The position numbers and the translations under genes were made by a program. From contig CAYMXP010000004.1 of the NCBI GenBank assembly GCA_964394425.1, positions 15,874 through 79,873 of the forward strand: a stretch of DNA of 64,000 bases, written 5' to 3'. The notes under the pieces were generated by a model. It did not search any database, was not told where the DNA came from, and worked only from the letters and a program-made list of their open reading frames with translations. This document shows, in pieces, positions 41,177 through 52,498 of this stretch (position 1 is the stretch's first letter; the number at the start of each line of letters is the position of its first letter). The DNA is from an uncultured Chryseobacterium sp. Its GTDB lineage: Bacteria > Bacteroidota > Bacteroidia > Flavobacteriales_F > PHOS-HE28.

Positions 41177-41943
41177 CCGGGGGGAAGGAACCGGACGCGA
41201 CGGGGACCTTTCCCGATCATTTTTCATCGGTCTCGTCGAACTACGCCGCCCACCGCCCGCACTACCCGCCGGAGCTCTTCGCGCACCTCGCCTCGTTGGT
41301 CCCCATCCGCGAGCGCGCGTGGGATGCCGGCACCGGCAGCGGCCAGTCGGCCGTCGGCCTGGCCCCGCACTTCAAGGAGATCGTCGCCACCGATGCGAGC
41401 CGGGAACAACTGGCCTCGGCGGTGCCGCACGATCGCGTGACGTATCGCGTGGCGAACGCGGCCGCTTCGGGGCTGGCCGCCGGCTCGGTGGACCTGATCA
41501 CCGCTTCGGCCGCCGCGCACTGGTTCCCGCACGATGCGTTCCACGAGGAAGCACGCCGGGTCGCGCGCGAGCACGCGGTGATCGCGCTGTGGACCTACAC
41601 CTGGTCGATCATCACCCCGGAGGTGGATGCGCTCGTGCGCGTGCTCGCCCGGGAGATCCTGGCCGGCTGCTGGCCGCCCGAACGAAGCCATGTCGACTCG
41701 GGTTATCGCGAACTGCCCTTCCCCTTCGACGAGATCCCGGCGCCGCCCTTCGCCATTCACGACAGATGGACCGCCGGTCGCTACCTGGGGTACCTGGGCA
41801 CCTGGTCCAGCGTGCAGCGATACCGCCGGGAAAAGGGCGACGATCCCCTGGCCTTCATCGAGGCCCGTTTCCGCCAGGCGTGGGGCGGATCGACGCGCGA
41901 AGTGACCTGGCCCCTGGTGCTGCGCCTGGGCCGCGTCCATTGA
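41173..41943 (+). CDS. class I SAM-dependent methyltransferase
   Basis: SAM-binding motif I AWDAGTGSGQSA, followed by IVATDAS and VDLITASAAAHWF. ATGA overlap with the upstream gene. Confidence 0.85.
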   Translation: MTGGKEPDATGTFPDHFSSVSSNYAAHRPHYPPELFAHLASLVPIRERAWDAGTGSGQSAVGLAPHFKEIVATDASREQLASAVPHDRVTYRVANAAASGLAAGSVDLITASAAAHWFPHDAFHEEARRVAREHAVIALWTYTWSIITPEVDALVRVLAREILAGCWPPERSHVDSGYRELPFPFDEIPAPPFAIHDRWTAGRYLGYLGTWSSVQRYRREKGDDPLAFIEARFRQAWGGSTREVTWPLVLRLGRVH

Positions 41944-41992
41944 GCGATGAGCCGGCAGCAATGGCTATTTTGGAAGCCCATCCGCTTCGCCC

Positions 41993-42433
41993 ATGGCCAC
42001 CAAGCACATCGCAGCCGGGTTCGGGACGGTGACCCCCTACCTCACCATCCGTGACGTGCCGTCGTTCGTCGACTTCCTCACGGCGGCCTTCGATGCGGTC
42101 GAGGGGCACCGCATGCTGGACTCGCAGGGCCGCGTGTGGTACACCGACGTGCTGATCGGCGGTTCGAAGATCATGATGGGCGAAGCCATGGACCGGCCCA
42201 CCTCGGTGAGCGCCTTCTACCTGTACGTGCCCGATACGGACGCCACCTATCACCGCTCGATCGAAGCGGGCGCCACGCCCGTGATGGAGCCCGCCGACCA
42301 GTTCTACGGCGACCGCAACGCCGGCGTGGCCGACCCATGGGGGAACACCTGGTGGATCGCCACCCACGTGAAGGACGTGAGCCCGGAGGAAGCGCGGAAG
42401 ATGGCCGATGAACGGCGGGCGACGAGGACCTGA
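41993..42433 (+). CDS. VOC (glyoxalase/bleomycin-resistance, PhnB-like) family protein
   Basis: VTPYLTIRD...AFDAVE...GGSKIMMGEA...FYGDRNAGVADPWGNTWWIATH, typical of PhnB-like VOC proteins. Confidence 0.85.
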   Translation: MATKHIAAGFGTVTPYLTIRDVPSFVDFLTAAFDAVEGHRMLDSQGRVWYTDVLIGGSKIMMGEAMDRPTSVSAFYLYVPDTDATYHRSIEAGATPVMEPADQFYGDRNAGVADPWGNTWWIATHVKDVSPEEARKMADERRATRT

Positions 42434-42447
42434 CGTTCGCCGATCGA

Positions 42448-45441
42448 TCAGCGCGCGGCGGTGCGCGGCCCGATGGCGTCGATCACCACCTCCTGGATCC
42501 GCGTGCGGATGTTCATTTCCGCGAGTTTCTTGTTGGCCGCGCCGGGGTAGATGCGGTTGCTGAGGAAGACGAACAACACGTCCGTCTCCGGATCGGCCCA
42601 GACCATGGTGCCGGTGAAGCCCGTGTGGCCGAAGCTGGCGTAGCTCACGCAGTCGCACGAAGGGCCGGGCGTGGCATCGCGCGTGGGCTTGTCCCAACCC
42701 AGCCCGCGGCGGTTGCCTTTCCCATCGGGCAGGCAGAACTGGCAGCGGGTGAACTCCTTCACCACCGCCTCGCTCAGGAAGCGTTCTCCGGCATAGGTGC
42801 CGCCGTTCAACAGCATCTGCAGGACGATCGCCAGGTCGTTGGCATTGCCGAAGAGGCCCGCATGGCCCGCCACCCCGCCGAGCATCGCGGCACCCGGATC
42901 ATGCACGTCGCCCCACACCTGCGCATGGCGGAACTCCAGGTCGTATTCGGTGGGCATGATGCGTTCGCGCGGGAACCGCTCCGTGGGACGGTAGCCCAGT
43001 GTTGACAAGCCGAGGGGCGTGTAGAACTCCTGCCGCACGAACCGGTCGAGGGGCATGCCCGACTGCCGCTCCACGATCTCCATGAGCAGATAGTACCCCA
43101 TGTCGCTGTAGAGGTATTCGCCGCGCTCGCCCACGGGCGTATCCAGCATCCACGTCCACAGGCTGTCGCGCCAGGCCGTGCGCATGTACAGGCTGTCGGC
43201 CACGCGCACGGTGTGCGCCTCATCGGCCGTGTCGCTCATCACGCCGGGGATCAGGCGGCCGTCGCGCAGCAGCTTCCTGTAGAAGGGAACGAAGGGTTGA
43301 AGACCGGCCTGGTGGGTGAGCACGTCGCGCAACTGCATGCGTGCGTGCGCGGGATGCTCGCCTTCCAGCTCGGGCAGGTAATGACCCACGGTGCGGTCAA
43401 GGTCCAGCCGTCCCTGGTCCACCAGCTTCATCAGCGCCAGCGTGGTGGCGGCCACCTTGGTCACCGAAGCCAGGTCGTAGAGGTCATCCGTGCGGACCGG
43501 CCGCGCTTCACCATAGGTCGGGTGGCCGAACGCCTTGTTCATGATCACGCGGCCGTTCACCGCCGCCACCACCTGGCACCCGGGGAAGGCTTTCGCATCG
43601 ATCCCCTCCTTCACGATCGCGTCCACCCCGCGCAACACCGCGCTGCTCGCGCCGGCTTCCTCGGGGATCACATAGCTCAACCGCTGGACCGGCGACCGCT
43701 CGATGCCATCGCCTGCACGGAAATAGGAGGAGGGTGTCACCGGCAGCCTCGCCGACGTACCGATCGCGCCGAAGAGCGCCTGCGCCGCCAGATCCTCCGT
43801 GTCGTCGTTCTCTTCGTAGGTCAGGATCAGCCCGTCGAAGTCCTGCGCTCCATAAGCGCGGGTGAGCCGGTACGGATTCCCGAAGTACACGAGGATCACC
43901 GGATGATCGCGCGCGATCGTGCGCAGCAGTTCGAAGGTGGCATCGGGGACACCGAAATCCTTGTCGACCTTGAAGCTCGTGCCGTGGATGGAGGCGATCA
44001 CACGATCGTATGGCTCGAGCTTGCGCAGCAGCGCGGGCACGCTGTCGCGCGGCAGGTCCTTCGGTGCGCCCAGGCAGGCCACCGGCGCGAAGCGCGACAA
44101 CCGCCGCTGGAACATGCAGCCCACCGTGTCGCCCAGCGCGAGCGCAACGGTGTTGCCCGGGACCGGCAGGGGCAGTTCACCCTCCTTGTCGCGCAGCACG
44201 GTGATCGCTTCGCGGAAGAGGGTGCGCCGCAGCACGCGCGCGCCGATGGAGTTCAGGTCGTCCACGATGCCCTTCACCGGCACCGGCGCACGGCGGCCGA
44301 GCCCGGCCCACTCCTTCGCCCGCAGCACCTTGAGGCATTTGTGGTCGATCATCTCCACGGGCACCTCCCCGCTGTCCACCGCCTGTCGGATGCGTTGGAT
44401 CGCTTTCAAGGGATCCTGCGGGAAAAGCAGCACGTCGTTGCCGGCGAGCAGGGCGCGCAGCTCGATCTCGCCGGGCTTGGATCCGGCGGTCACCCCCTTC
44501 ATGTTCAGCGCATCGGTGAAGACCAGACCGCGGAAGCCGAGCTCCTTTTCCAGCAGTTCGCTCACCACCGGGCGGCTCAACGTGCTTGGCAGTCCAGGGG
44601 TGGTGTCCAGCGCGGGCACTTCCAGGTGCGCGACCATCACGGCGGAGAGCCCTTCCTGGACAAGGCGCTGGAACGGATAGAGCTCGAGCGAATCGAGGCG
44701 TGCGCGCGTGTGCGCGATCACCGGCAGGTTCTCGTGCGAATCGGCATCGGTGTCGCCATGGCCGGGAAAATGCTTGGCCGTGGCGATGACCCCGCCGCGT
44801 TGCAACCCGCGCATGTAGGCGATGGCCTTGCGCGCCACCAGTTCGCGTTCCTCCCCGAAACTGCGGTCGTTGATCACGGGGTTGGCGGCGTTGTTGTTCA
44901 CGTCGGCCACCGGGCTGAAGCTCACCTGCACGCCGAGCCGCTTCATCTGCCGGGCGATCTCCTCTCCCATCCGTTCGATCAGCGTGTCGTTGCGCAAGGC
45001 GCCGAGGGTCATCTGCTTGGGGAAGCGCGGCGTGCTGTCCAGCCGCATGGCCAGGCCCCATTCGAGGTCCATGCCGATGAGCATCGGGGTTCGCGAGAGC
45101 GCCTGCCAGCGGTTGGTGAGCGCGGCCTGTCGCGCGGGTCCCCCCTGGAAAAAGATCAGCCCGCCGATCTGGTGATCCAGGATCAGCTGCTCGACCTGGG
45201 CATGGTGGCGGGCCAGATCAGGTTGCGTCTTGGGATAGCCCTTGTTGGTGCCGCTGTAGGCCGCCACCATCATCAGCTGGGCGATCTTCTGGTCGGTGGT
45301 CAACGTGGCGAAGACCGAATCGGCCCAGGGCGTGGGTGCCGCCAGGAAAGGTGGAGGCGACCCGCGGGGCAGAGCGCCCCTGCCGCCGAGAGAGATCACG
45401 GCCAGCACGATCAGCGCGGGGAGAGCATGCTTGTTGCGCAT
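42448..45441 (-). CDS. fusion protein: glycoside hydrolase family 3 N-terminal domain (NagZ-like beta-N-acetylhexosaminidase) + serine beta-lactamase/transpeptidase-like domain
   Basis: GH3 motifs KHFPGHGDT and VMVAHL. C-terminal class-C-like esterase motif ASVTKV (S-x-x-K) and HTGFTG. Start at the internal ATG (MRNKHALPALIVLAV signal peptide). Confidence 0.9.
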   Translation of the reverse strand: MRNKHALPALIVLAVISLGGRGALPRGSPPPFLAAPTPWADSVFATLTTDQKIAQLMMVAAYSGTNKGYPKTQPDLARHHAQVEQLILDHQIGGLIFFQGGPARQAALTNRWQALSRTPMLIGMDLEWGLAMRLDSTPRFPKQMTLGALRNDTLIERMGEEIARQMKRLGVQVSFSPVADVNNNAANPVINDRSFGEERELVARKAIAYMRGLQRGGVIATAKHFPGHGDTDADSHENLPVIAHTRARLDSLELYPFQRLVQEGLSAVMVAHLEVPALDTTPGLPSTLSRPVVSELLEKELGFRGLVFTDALNMKGVTAGSKPGEIELRALLAGNDVLLFPQDPLKAIQRIRQAVDSGEVPVEMIDHKCLKVLRAKEWAGLGRRAPVPVKGIVDDLNSIGARVLRRTLFREAITVLRDKEGELPLPVPGNTVALALGDTVGCMFQRRLSRFAPVACLGAPKDLPRDSVPALLRKLEPYDRVIASIHGTSFKVDKDFGVPDATFELLRTIARDHPVILVYFGNPYRLTRAYGAQDFDGLILTYEENDDTEDLAAQALFGAIGTSARLPVTPSSYFRAGDGIERSPVQRLSYVIPEEAGASSAVLRGVDAIVKEGIDAKAFPGCQVVAAVNGRVIMNKAFGHPTYGEARPVRTDDLYDLASVTKVAATTLALMKLVDQGRLDLDRTVGHYLPELEGEHPAHARMQLRDVLTHQAGLQPFVPFYRKLLRDGRLIPGVMSDTADEAHTVRVADSLYMRTAWRDSLWTWMLDTPVGERGEYLYSDMGYYLLMEIVERQSGMPLDRFVRQEFYTPLGLSTLGYRPTERFPRERIMPTEYDLEFRHAQVWGDVHDPGAAMLGGVAGHAGLFGNANDLAIVLQMLLNGGTYAGERFLSEAVVKEFTRCQFCLPDGKGNRRGLGWDKPTRDATPGPSCDCVSYASFGHTGFTGTMVWADPETDVLFVFLSNRIYPGAANKKLAEMNIRTRIQEVVIDAIGPRTAAR

Positions 45442-45565
45442 CGGTCGCGGCGAAACTATCGGCAGACCAGGGGGCCGCTGACGGACGATGAACGCCATTT
45501 TTCACAGGATCGATGTTCGCGATGGATCGTCGGGCCCTCCCTGCGCATCTTTGCGATCACCCTTC

Positions 45566-47377
45566 ATGAGCGACCTGATCCGCCTGCTGCCCGACCACGT
45601 GGCCAACCAGATCGCCGCCGGCGAGGTGGTGCAACGCCCCGCGAGCGTGGCCAAGGAGTTGCTGGAGAATGGCGTGGATGCCGGGGCGCAGCACATCGTG
45701 ATGGTCTTGAAAGACGCTGGGCGGACGCTGATCCAGGTGACCGACGACGGCCGTGGCATGAGCGACAACGACGCACGCCTCTGTTTCGAGCGGCACGCCA
45801 CCAGCAAGATCCGCGCGGCCGACGACCTGTTGGTCGTGCGCACCAAGGGCTTCCGCGGCGAGGCGCTGGCCAGCATCGCCGCCGTGGCCCAGGTGGAACT
45901 GCGCACCCGGCTGCACGATGCGGAGTTCGGCACCCGCGTGGTGATCGAGGGAAGCCGGTTGCGCGCGCAGGAGGCCGCGACCGGTCCGGCCGGAACGACG
46001 CTTTCGGTGCGCAACCTCTTCTTCAACATCCCGGCCCGGCGTCAGTTCCTCAAGAGCGATCCCGTGGAGATGCGCCACGCGATCGATGAGTTCCAGCGCG
46101 TGGCCCTGGCCCATCCCGAGATCGCCTTCACGCTCACGCACAACGAGGAGGAGGTCTTCCATCTGGACGCCGCCGCGGAAGGCACCACGCCCGGCGCCGC
46201 CCTGCGTCAGCGCATCGTGGGCATCTTCGGCAGGCGCTACGACGAGCGGCTGGTGCCGGTGGAGGAATCCACCGAGTTCGTCACCGTCACGGGCTTCGTG
46301 GGCAAGCCCGAGTTCGCCAAACGGTCCAGGGGGGAGCAGTTCTTCTTCGTGAACCGCCGCTTCGTGCGCAGCAATTACCTGGACCACGCCGTGCGCGGGG
46401 CTTACGAGGAGCTGATCACGCGCGAGAGCTACCCGGGCTGGACGCTCTTCATCGACCTGGATCCCGCGCAGATCGACATCAACATCCACCCCACCAAGAC
46501 GGAGATCAAGTTCCGCGACGACCGGGCAGTGTACGCCATCGTGCATGCCGCGGTGCGGCGCGCGCTGGGGCGCTTCAACATCGCGCCCAGCCTGGACTTC
46601 GAGCCCGAGCCGGCGATCGCGGCGGCCACCGCACCCACGGGCGTCCCGGCCGTTGGGCCGTGGCGACCGCAGGACATCCCGCGGCGTTCGCCCGAGGGCT
46701 GGCAGCAATTGCTCGACGTGGATCGCCCGGCCGCGGCCCCATCGATCGCGCCGCCGGTCCCGGACGAAGCCCAACGGATCATCCCCTCGCGCGAGCACGA
46801 CGGCCCGCCGGGCGTGCGACCCGTGTTCCAGTTGCACGGGGCCTACATCATCGCGCAACTGCGATCGGGCTTCGTGGTGATCGACCAGCAGCGCGCGCAT
46901 GAACGGATCCAGTACGAGCGCGCGTTGCACTGCCTGGAGAGCGGCGCGGGCGCGAGCCAGACGCAGCTCTTCCCGCGCAACGTGGAATTGAACGCCGCCG
47001 ACCACGCCCTCCTGCAGGAGCTGCTGCCCGGCCTGCGGGCGTTGGGCTTCGACCTGGCGCCGCTCGGTGGCCGCACCGTGGCGATCAACGGCATGCCTGC
47101 TGAAGCGGCCGATGACGACGCGGCGAAATTGCTCGAGACCATGCTCGAACAGGTGAGGAACGAACGCGAAGCACTGCGCAACGAGCGCCATGCGGTGCTC
47201 GCGCGCGGGCTCGCGCGCAGCATGGCCCCGCGCGGCGGCCGCCACATGGATGCCGCCCAGATGCACGAACTCATCGACCGGCTCTTCGCCTGCGCCATGC
47301 CCTATTTCACCCCCGGTGGAAAGCCCACGCTGATCACCTTCGGCCTGGAGGAGCTCAACGAACGTTTCGGCCGCTGA
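45566..47377 (+). CDS. mutL: DNA mismatch repair protein MutL
   Basis: IRLLPDHVANQIAAGEVVQRPASVAKELLENGVDAGA, DDGRGM and GFRGEALASI (GHKL ATPase), plus a C-terminal dimerisation domain. Confidence 0.95.
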   Translation: MSDLIRLLPDHVANQIAAGEVVQRPASVAKELLENGVDAGAQHIVMVLKDAGRTLIQVTDDGRGMSDNDARLCFERHATSKIRAADDLLVVRTKGFRGEALASIAAVAQVELRTRLHDAEFGTRVVIEGSRLRAQEAATGPAGTTLSVRNLFFNIPARRQFLKSDPVEMRHAIDEFQRVALAHPEIAFTLTHNEEEVFHLDAAAEGTTPGAALRQRIVGIFGRRYDERLVPVEESTEFVTVTGFVGKPEFAKRSRGEQFFFVNRRFVRSNYLDHAVRGAYEELITRESYPGWTLFIDLDPAQIDINIHPTKTEIKFRDDRAVYAIVHAAVRRALGRFNIAPSLDFEPEPAIAAATAPTGVPAVGPWRPQDIPRRSPEGWQQLLDVDRPAAAPSIAPPVPDEAQRIIPSREHDGPPGVRPVFQLHGAYIIAQLRSGFVVIDQQRAHERIQYERALHCLESGAGASQTQLFPRNVELNAADHALLQELLPGLRALGFDLAPLGGRTVAINGMPAEAADDDAAKLLETMLEQVRNEREALRNERHAVLARGLARSMAPRGGRHMDAAQMHELIDRLFACAMPYFTPGGKPTLITFGLEELNERFGR

Positions 47378-48174
47378 TGAGCTACTTCCGCTCGCCCCTG
47401 TCCGCCGCGCTGCCCCCGGTGGTCAAGAACCTGCTCATCATCAACGTGGTGATGTACCTGCTGAAGCTCTCCTTCGGACAGGACGACCTGGGGCGCAACC
47501 TGCTGGACGCGCACCTGGGCATGTACGCCCTCACCTCGCCGAATTTCCGCCCCTGGCAGATCGTCACGCACATGTTCATGCACGGCGACTTCCTGCACCT
47601 GTTCACCAACATGTTCGGACTGTTCATGTTCGGCGGGCCCATCGAACAGCGTTTCGGCTCCAAGCGGTTCCTCACCTATTACATGGTGTGCGGACTGGGA
47701 GCGGCGGCATTGCACACGGGGGTGAACGCCGTGGAGATCCAGGGCGACGTGGAAACCGCCGCGAGCCACGGCGTGGACGTGGACGTGGTGCGCGATGCCG
47801 CGGACCGCGACCTGAACACGGCCGAGGATGCCTTCCGGACCTTGAACGCCGAGGTGCGGCGCACCGGCGCACCGGAGGATGTCGTGGCCCAGCTGTACTT
47901 CGACCACCAGGGCACCATCGTGGGCGCCTCGGGCGCGGTGTTCGGCATCCTGCTCGCGTTCGGGATGTTCTTCCCCAACGTGGAGCTGTTCCTGATCTTC
48001 CTTCCCATCCCGATCAAGGCCAAATACTTCGTGGTGCTCTACGGCGTGTTCGAACTTTACGCCGGGCTGAAGCAGGCTTCCGGCGACAACGTGGCGCATT
48101 TCGCCCACCTGGGCGGCATGCTCTTCGGGTTCCTGCTGATCCGCCACTGGCGCAACCGGCACCTTTTCCACTGA
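47377..48174 (+). CDS. rhomboid family intramembrane serine protease
   Basis: MFMHGDFLHLFTNM, GASGAVFGIL and AHLGGMLFGFL motifs. The start shares one base (47377) with the mutL stop codon. Confidence 0.85.
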   Translation: MSYFRSPLSAALPPVVKNLLIINVVMYLLKLSFGQDDLGRNLLDAHLGMYALTSPNFRPWQIVTHMFMHGDFLHLFTNMFGLFMFGGPIEQRFGSKRFLTYYMVCGLGAAALHTGVNAVEIQGDVETAASHGVDVDVVRDAADRDLNTAEDAFRTLNAEVRRTGAPEDVVAQLYFDHQGTIVGASGAVFGILLAFGMFFPNVELFLIFLPIPIKAKYFVVLYGVFELYAGLKQASGDNVAHFAHLGGMLFGFLLIRHWRNRHLFH

Positions 48175-48179
48175 AAGCG

Positions 48180-49229
<1,050 letters not shown>

Positions 49230-49278
49230 GCATTCTCCGGCATTGGATCAGGAAAAAGCGACCGGATCTCGACGTCCA

Positions 49279-50379
49279 TTGCGATGGCAACAGCCCATCT
49301 GGTGGGCGAACGCAGCGGTGGCCGCCTCGCTCCTGTTGTCCTATGCGAGCGTGCATGTGAGCCCGGCGACCTTCTGGCCGCTGGCCTTCTTCGGGATCGC
49401 CTTTCCCTACCTGCTCTTCCTCAACCTCGCGTTCATCGCCTGGTGGCTGGTGTTCCGCGGGAGGCGCATCTGGCTCTCCCTGGCGTGCATCGCCCTGGGG
49501 TGGGGAAGCCTGGGCGATTTCCTGCAGTTGCGCGGGCGGCCCGCGCCAGAGGACCGCACGCAGGCGTTCAAGGTGATGTCGTACAACGTGCGGTTGTTCG
49601 ACCTGTACAACTGGAGCAACAACCTGCACATGCGCGACGAGATCTTCGACCTGTTGCGCGTGGAGGACGCCGACATCCTCTGCCTCCAGGAATTCTACGA
49701 CAGCGACAGCGGCCTGTCGTTCGTGACCCGCGACACGCTCCTGGGGCACTTCCGCTGGACCGGCTGCCACGACGTCTATACCCAGCACACCCGGCACGGC
49801 GGCCACTTCGGCATCGCGACGCTCACCACCTTCCCGATCGCCGCCCGCGGCTCGATCCACTTTCCCGACGACCTGAACAACCTGTGCATCTGGACGGACG
49901 TGGTGATCGGCACGGACACGGTCCGCGTGTACAACGGCCACCTGGCCAGCATCCGCTTTGGCGACGCGGACTACCGCTTCATGCAGGACCTGGACGCCGA
50001 CATGCGCGGCGATTCACTGGCCCGTGGCGGCCGTCGCATCCTGGGCCGGCTCAAGCGGGCCTTCGTGCGCCGCGCGGTGGAGGTCGAACGCATCGTGGCG
50101 CACATGCGCACCGCGCCGCATCCGATCCTCTGGTGCGGCGACCTGAACGACACGCCCATGAGCTACAGCTACCACCGGCTGAACGATCTGATGTCGGACG
50201 CCTTCGTGGAAAGCGGCCGCGGCGTGGGCCACACCTACGTGGGCGATTTCCCCAGTTTCCGCATCGACCACATCCTGCACGGTCCCGAACTGCGCGCCAT
50301 GGGGTTCAAGACCCTGCCCGATGAACTGAGCGATCACCGCCCCATCGTGTGCTGGCTGGAGATGGATCACGAACGATGA
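49279..50379 (+). CDS. endonuclease/exonuclease/phosphatase (EEP) family protein with N-terminal TM segments
   Basis: TM region [16 protein letters not shown]...[23 protein letters not shown], then EEP motifs [23 protein letters not shown] and SDHRP. There is no in-frame ATG upstream of the TM region. Start is therefore uncertain: TTG at 49279 or 49243, or TTGs inside the repeat array as in the ORF track (49174). Confidence 0.8.
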   Translation: MRWQQPIWWANAAVAASLLLSYASVHVSPATFWPLAFFGIAFPYLLFLNLAFIAWWLVFRGRRIWLSLACIALGWGSLGDFLQLRGRPAPEDRTQAFKVMSYNVRLFDLYNWSNNLHMRDEIFDLLRVEDADILCLQEFYDSDSGLSFVTRDTLLGHFRWTGCHDVYTQHTRHGGHFGIATLTTFPIAARGSIHFPDDLNNLCIWTDVVIGTDTVRVYNGHLASIRFGDADYRFMQDLDADMRGDSLARGGRRILGRLKRAFVRRAVEVERIVAHMRTAPHPILWCGDLNDTPMSYSYHRLNDLMSDAFVESGRGVGHTYVGDFPSFRIDHILHGPELRAMGFKTLPDELSDHRPIVCWLEMDHER

Positions 50380-50406
50380 GCGGTCGAACGCGGCCGGGGC
50401 AGGCCC

Positions 50407-51201
50407 TCATTCGTAGTGCCTGCGCACCATCCGTTCGAACACACGGCCGGGCAGGACCTTCTTCAACAACACGCTGAACAGCTGCTTTCCCCGCGCGACG
50501 CGGTAGGTGTTGCACGGCGATGGATCGTTGATGATGCGTTCCACCACGCGGGCCAGTTCACCGGGATCGCGGCTGTAACCAAGTCCACCGTCGAGGACGT
50601 GCATGGCGCGCTCGTACCGCGCGCGGTAGGCCTGGCCGACCGCCGCCGGGCGAAGCCGGCCGGCGGCGATGGGCGTCTTGAATTCGCCCGGTCGCACGGT
50701 GACGACCTTGATGCCGAAGGGCATCACCTCGATGCGCAGGCTTTCGGTCATGCGGTCGAGCGCGGCCTTGCTCGCGCTGTAAAAGCCGCGGTAGGGCAGC
50801 CCGAATTCGGCCGCGATGCTGCTCACCTGGATGATCAGCCCCTTCTTCCGCACGCGCATGTGCGGCAGCACCGCCCGGCACACGCGCAATGCGCCCACCA
50901 CGTTGGTGTCGAAGGCCTGGAGGGCCAGCCCGGGATCGATGTCCTCGACCGCGCCCTGAACGCCCACCCCGGCGTTGTTCACGACCACGTCGATCCGGCC
51001 GTGCTTCGAGATCACCTCATCCACCGCACGCATGACGGAAGCATCATCGCGGATGTCCATGCCGATCAGCTCCAAGTCCTTCGCCGCCGGGGGCTTCCGG
51101 CTGGTCCCGATCACCACGTGCCCGGCTTGGGCGAGCCGCCCGCACATGGCCGCGCCAAGGCCGCTGCTCCCGCCGGTGACGAGGATGACGAGGGGTTCCA
51201 T
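50407..51201 (-). CDS. SDR family oxidoreductase
   Basis: VTGGSSGLG cofactor motif, NNAG, and the catalytic YSASKAAL (Y-x-x-x-K). Confidence 0.88.
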   Translation of the reverse strand: MEPLVILVTGGSSGLGAAMCGRLAQAGHVVIGTSRKPPAAKDLELIGMDIRDDASVMRAVDEVISKHGRIDVVVNNAGVGVQGAVEDIDPGLALQAFDTNVVGALRVCRAVLPHMRVRKKGLIIQVSSIAAEFGLPYRGFYSASKAALDRMTESLRIEVMPFGIKVVTVRPGEFKTPIAAGRLRPAAVGQAYRARYERAMHVLDGGLGYSRDPGELARVVERIINDPSPCNTYRVARGKQLFSVLLKKVLPGRVFERMVRRHYE

Positions 51202-51206
51202 CTGCC

Positions 51207-51250
51207 CATGTGACCATGTGGCCATGTGGCCATGAGCACATGGTCACATG
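51207..51250. promoter_or_regulatory. 12-bp perfect inverted repeat in a divergent intergenic region
   Basis: CATGTGACCATG (51207-51218) and CATGGTCACATG (51239-51250) are separated by 20 nt that themselves contain CCATGTGG/CATGAGCACATG reiterations. Lies between the SDR (-) and GT2 (+) genes. Confidence 0.3.
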
Positions 51251-51462
51251 AGCACATGAAAAAAAGAGGGGCAAGCTACACCTGTCGCACCGCTACGACC
51301 GCCTACCCTTGCTGCCTTCCGGCCCTGGGGGGTTCGGCGGGAGCTGGTCGCAAGTGACTTGCCCCGGGCGCGAATGTAATGGCTCGTGGTCCGTCGCTCG
51401 GTGCCCGGACCGGACCGCGATGAATGGATCCAGCATCTTCGCACCTTCACATCCCGTCCCGC

Positions 51463-52416
51463 ATGGATCTCTCCATCGTCGTCCCGCTCTTCAACGAAGC
51501 CGGTTCGCTGCCCGAGCTGGTGGCGAAACTGCACGAGGTGATCGGGCGGATGGGGGTCGCCTACGAGATCATCCTGGTGGACGACGGCAGCACCGATGGG
51601 TCCTGGCAGGAGATCGCGCGGCTGGCGAAGACCGATCAGCGCGTGAAGGGGATCCGTTTCGGGCGCAACTACGGCAAGAGCCCCGCGCTGAACGAGGGCT
51701 TCGCGGCGGCCCAGGGCCACGTGGTGATCACCATGGACGCCGACCTGCAGGACGACCCCAACGAGGTGCCCGCCCTGTACGCGATGATCGCCGGCGACGG
51801 CTTCGACCTGGTGAGCGGCTGGAAGAAGAAGCGGCACGATCCGCTGAGCAAGACGATCCCCACCAAGCTCTTCAACTGGACCACGCGGCGCGTGAGCGGG
51901 GTGAAGCTGCACGACTTCAACTGCGGATTGAAGGCGTACCGGGGCGAGGTGGTGAAGCACATCGAGGTGTACGGCGAGATGCACCGCTACATCCCCTTCA
52001 TCGCGCGCAAGGAGGGCTTCCGGAAGATCGGCGAAAAGGTGGTGGAGCACCACCCGCGCAAACACGGACGCACCAAGTTCGGAGCGAGCCGCTTCATCAA
52101 CGGCTTCCTCGACCTGCTCACCATCACCTTCGTGTTCCGCTTCGGCCGCAAGCCCATGCACTTCTTCGGTGCGCTGGGCACGCTGATGGCCGTGCTGGGC
52201 TTCCTGGCCGCCTCCTGGGTCGTCGGTGAGAAGGTGCTCCACCTCTCCCGCCACGAGCCGGCCCCGCTGGTGGCCGACCAGGCGTTCTTCTACATCGCGC
52301 TCACCGCCATGATCATCGGCGTGCAACTGTTCACCGCGGGGTTCGTGGCCGAGCTGGTGAGCCGCAACGCGCCGGAACGCAACCGGTACCGCGTGAGCGA
52401 GCGGCTGGGGATCTGA
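51463..52416 (+). CDS. GT2 polyprenyl-phosphate glycosyltransferase (GtrB/ArnC/DPM1-like) with C-terminal TM segments
   Basis: LSIVVPLFNEAGSL, ILVDDGSTDGS, ITMDADLQDDP, and two C-terminal TM helices. Confidence 0.9.
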   Translation: MDLSIVVPLFNEAGSLPELVAKLHEVIGRMGVAYEIILVDDGSTDGSWQEIARLAKTDQRVKGIRFGRNYGKSPALNEGFAAAQGHVVITMDADLQDDPNEVPALYAMIAGDGFDLVSGWKKKRHDPLSKTIPTKLFNWTTRRVSGVKLHDFNCGLKAYRGEVVKHIEVYGEMHRYIPFIARKEGFRKIGEKVVEHHPRKHGRTKFGASRFINGFLDLLTITFVFRFGRKPMHFFGALGTLMAVLGFLAASWVVGEKVLHLSRHEPAPLVADQAFFYIALTAMIIGVQLFTAGFVAELVSRNAPERNRYRVSERLGI

Positions 52417-52428
52417 AGATCTTTTCAC

Positions 52429-52498
52429 CGCGAAGACCATGCCTGCGCGAAGCGGCTTCGGCGAAGACAAGGCGCGACGACGCAACGTGAAGGCCAGG
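52429..52498. repeat. solitary copy of the GC-rich intergenic repeat sub-element also present twice at 56661-56885
   Basis: CCGCGAAGACCATGCCTGCGCGAAGCGGCTTCGGCGAAGACAAGGCGCGACGACGCAACGT compares with TCGCGACGACCATGCCTGCGCGAAGCCGCTTCGGCGAAGGCAAGGCGCGACGACGGAACGT at 56661-56721. Confidence 0.7.

Noticed and set aside
42448-45441. GH3 + beta-lactamase-like fusion considered as a novel architecture.
   Set aside because: To my knowledge, NagZ-like GH3 domains fused to serine-hydrolase (beta-lactamase family) domains are widespread in Bacteroidota and linked to cell-wall recycling. It is reported as a feature only.
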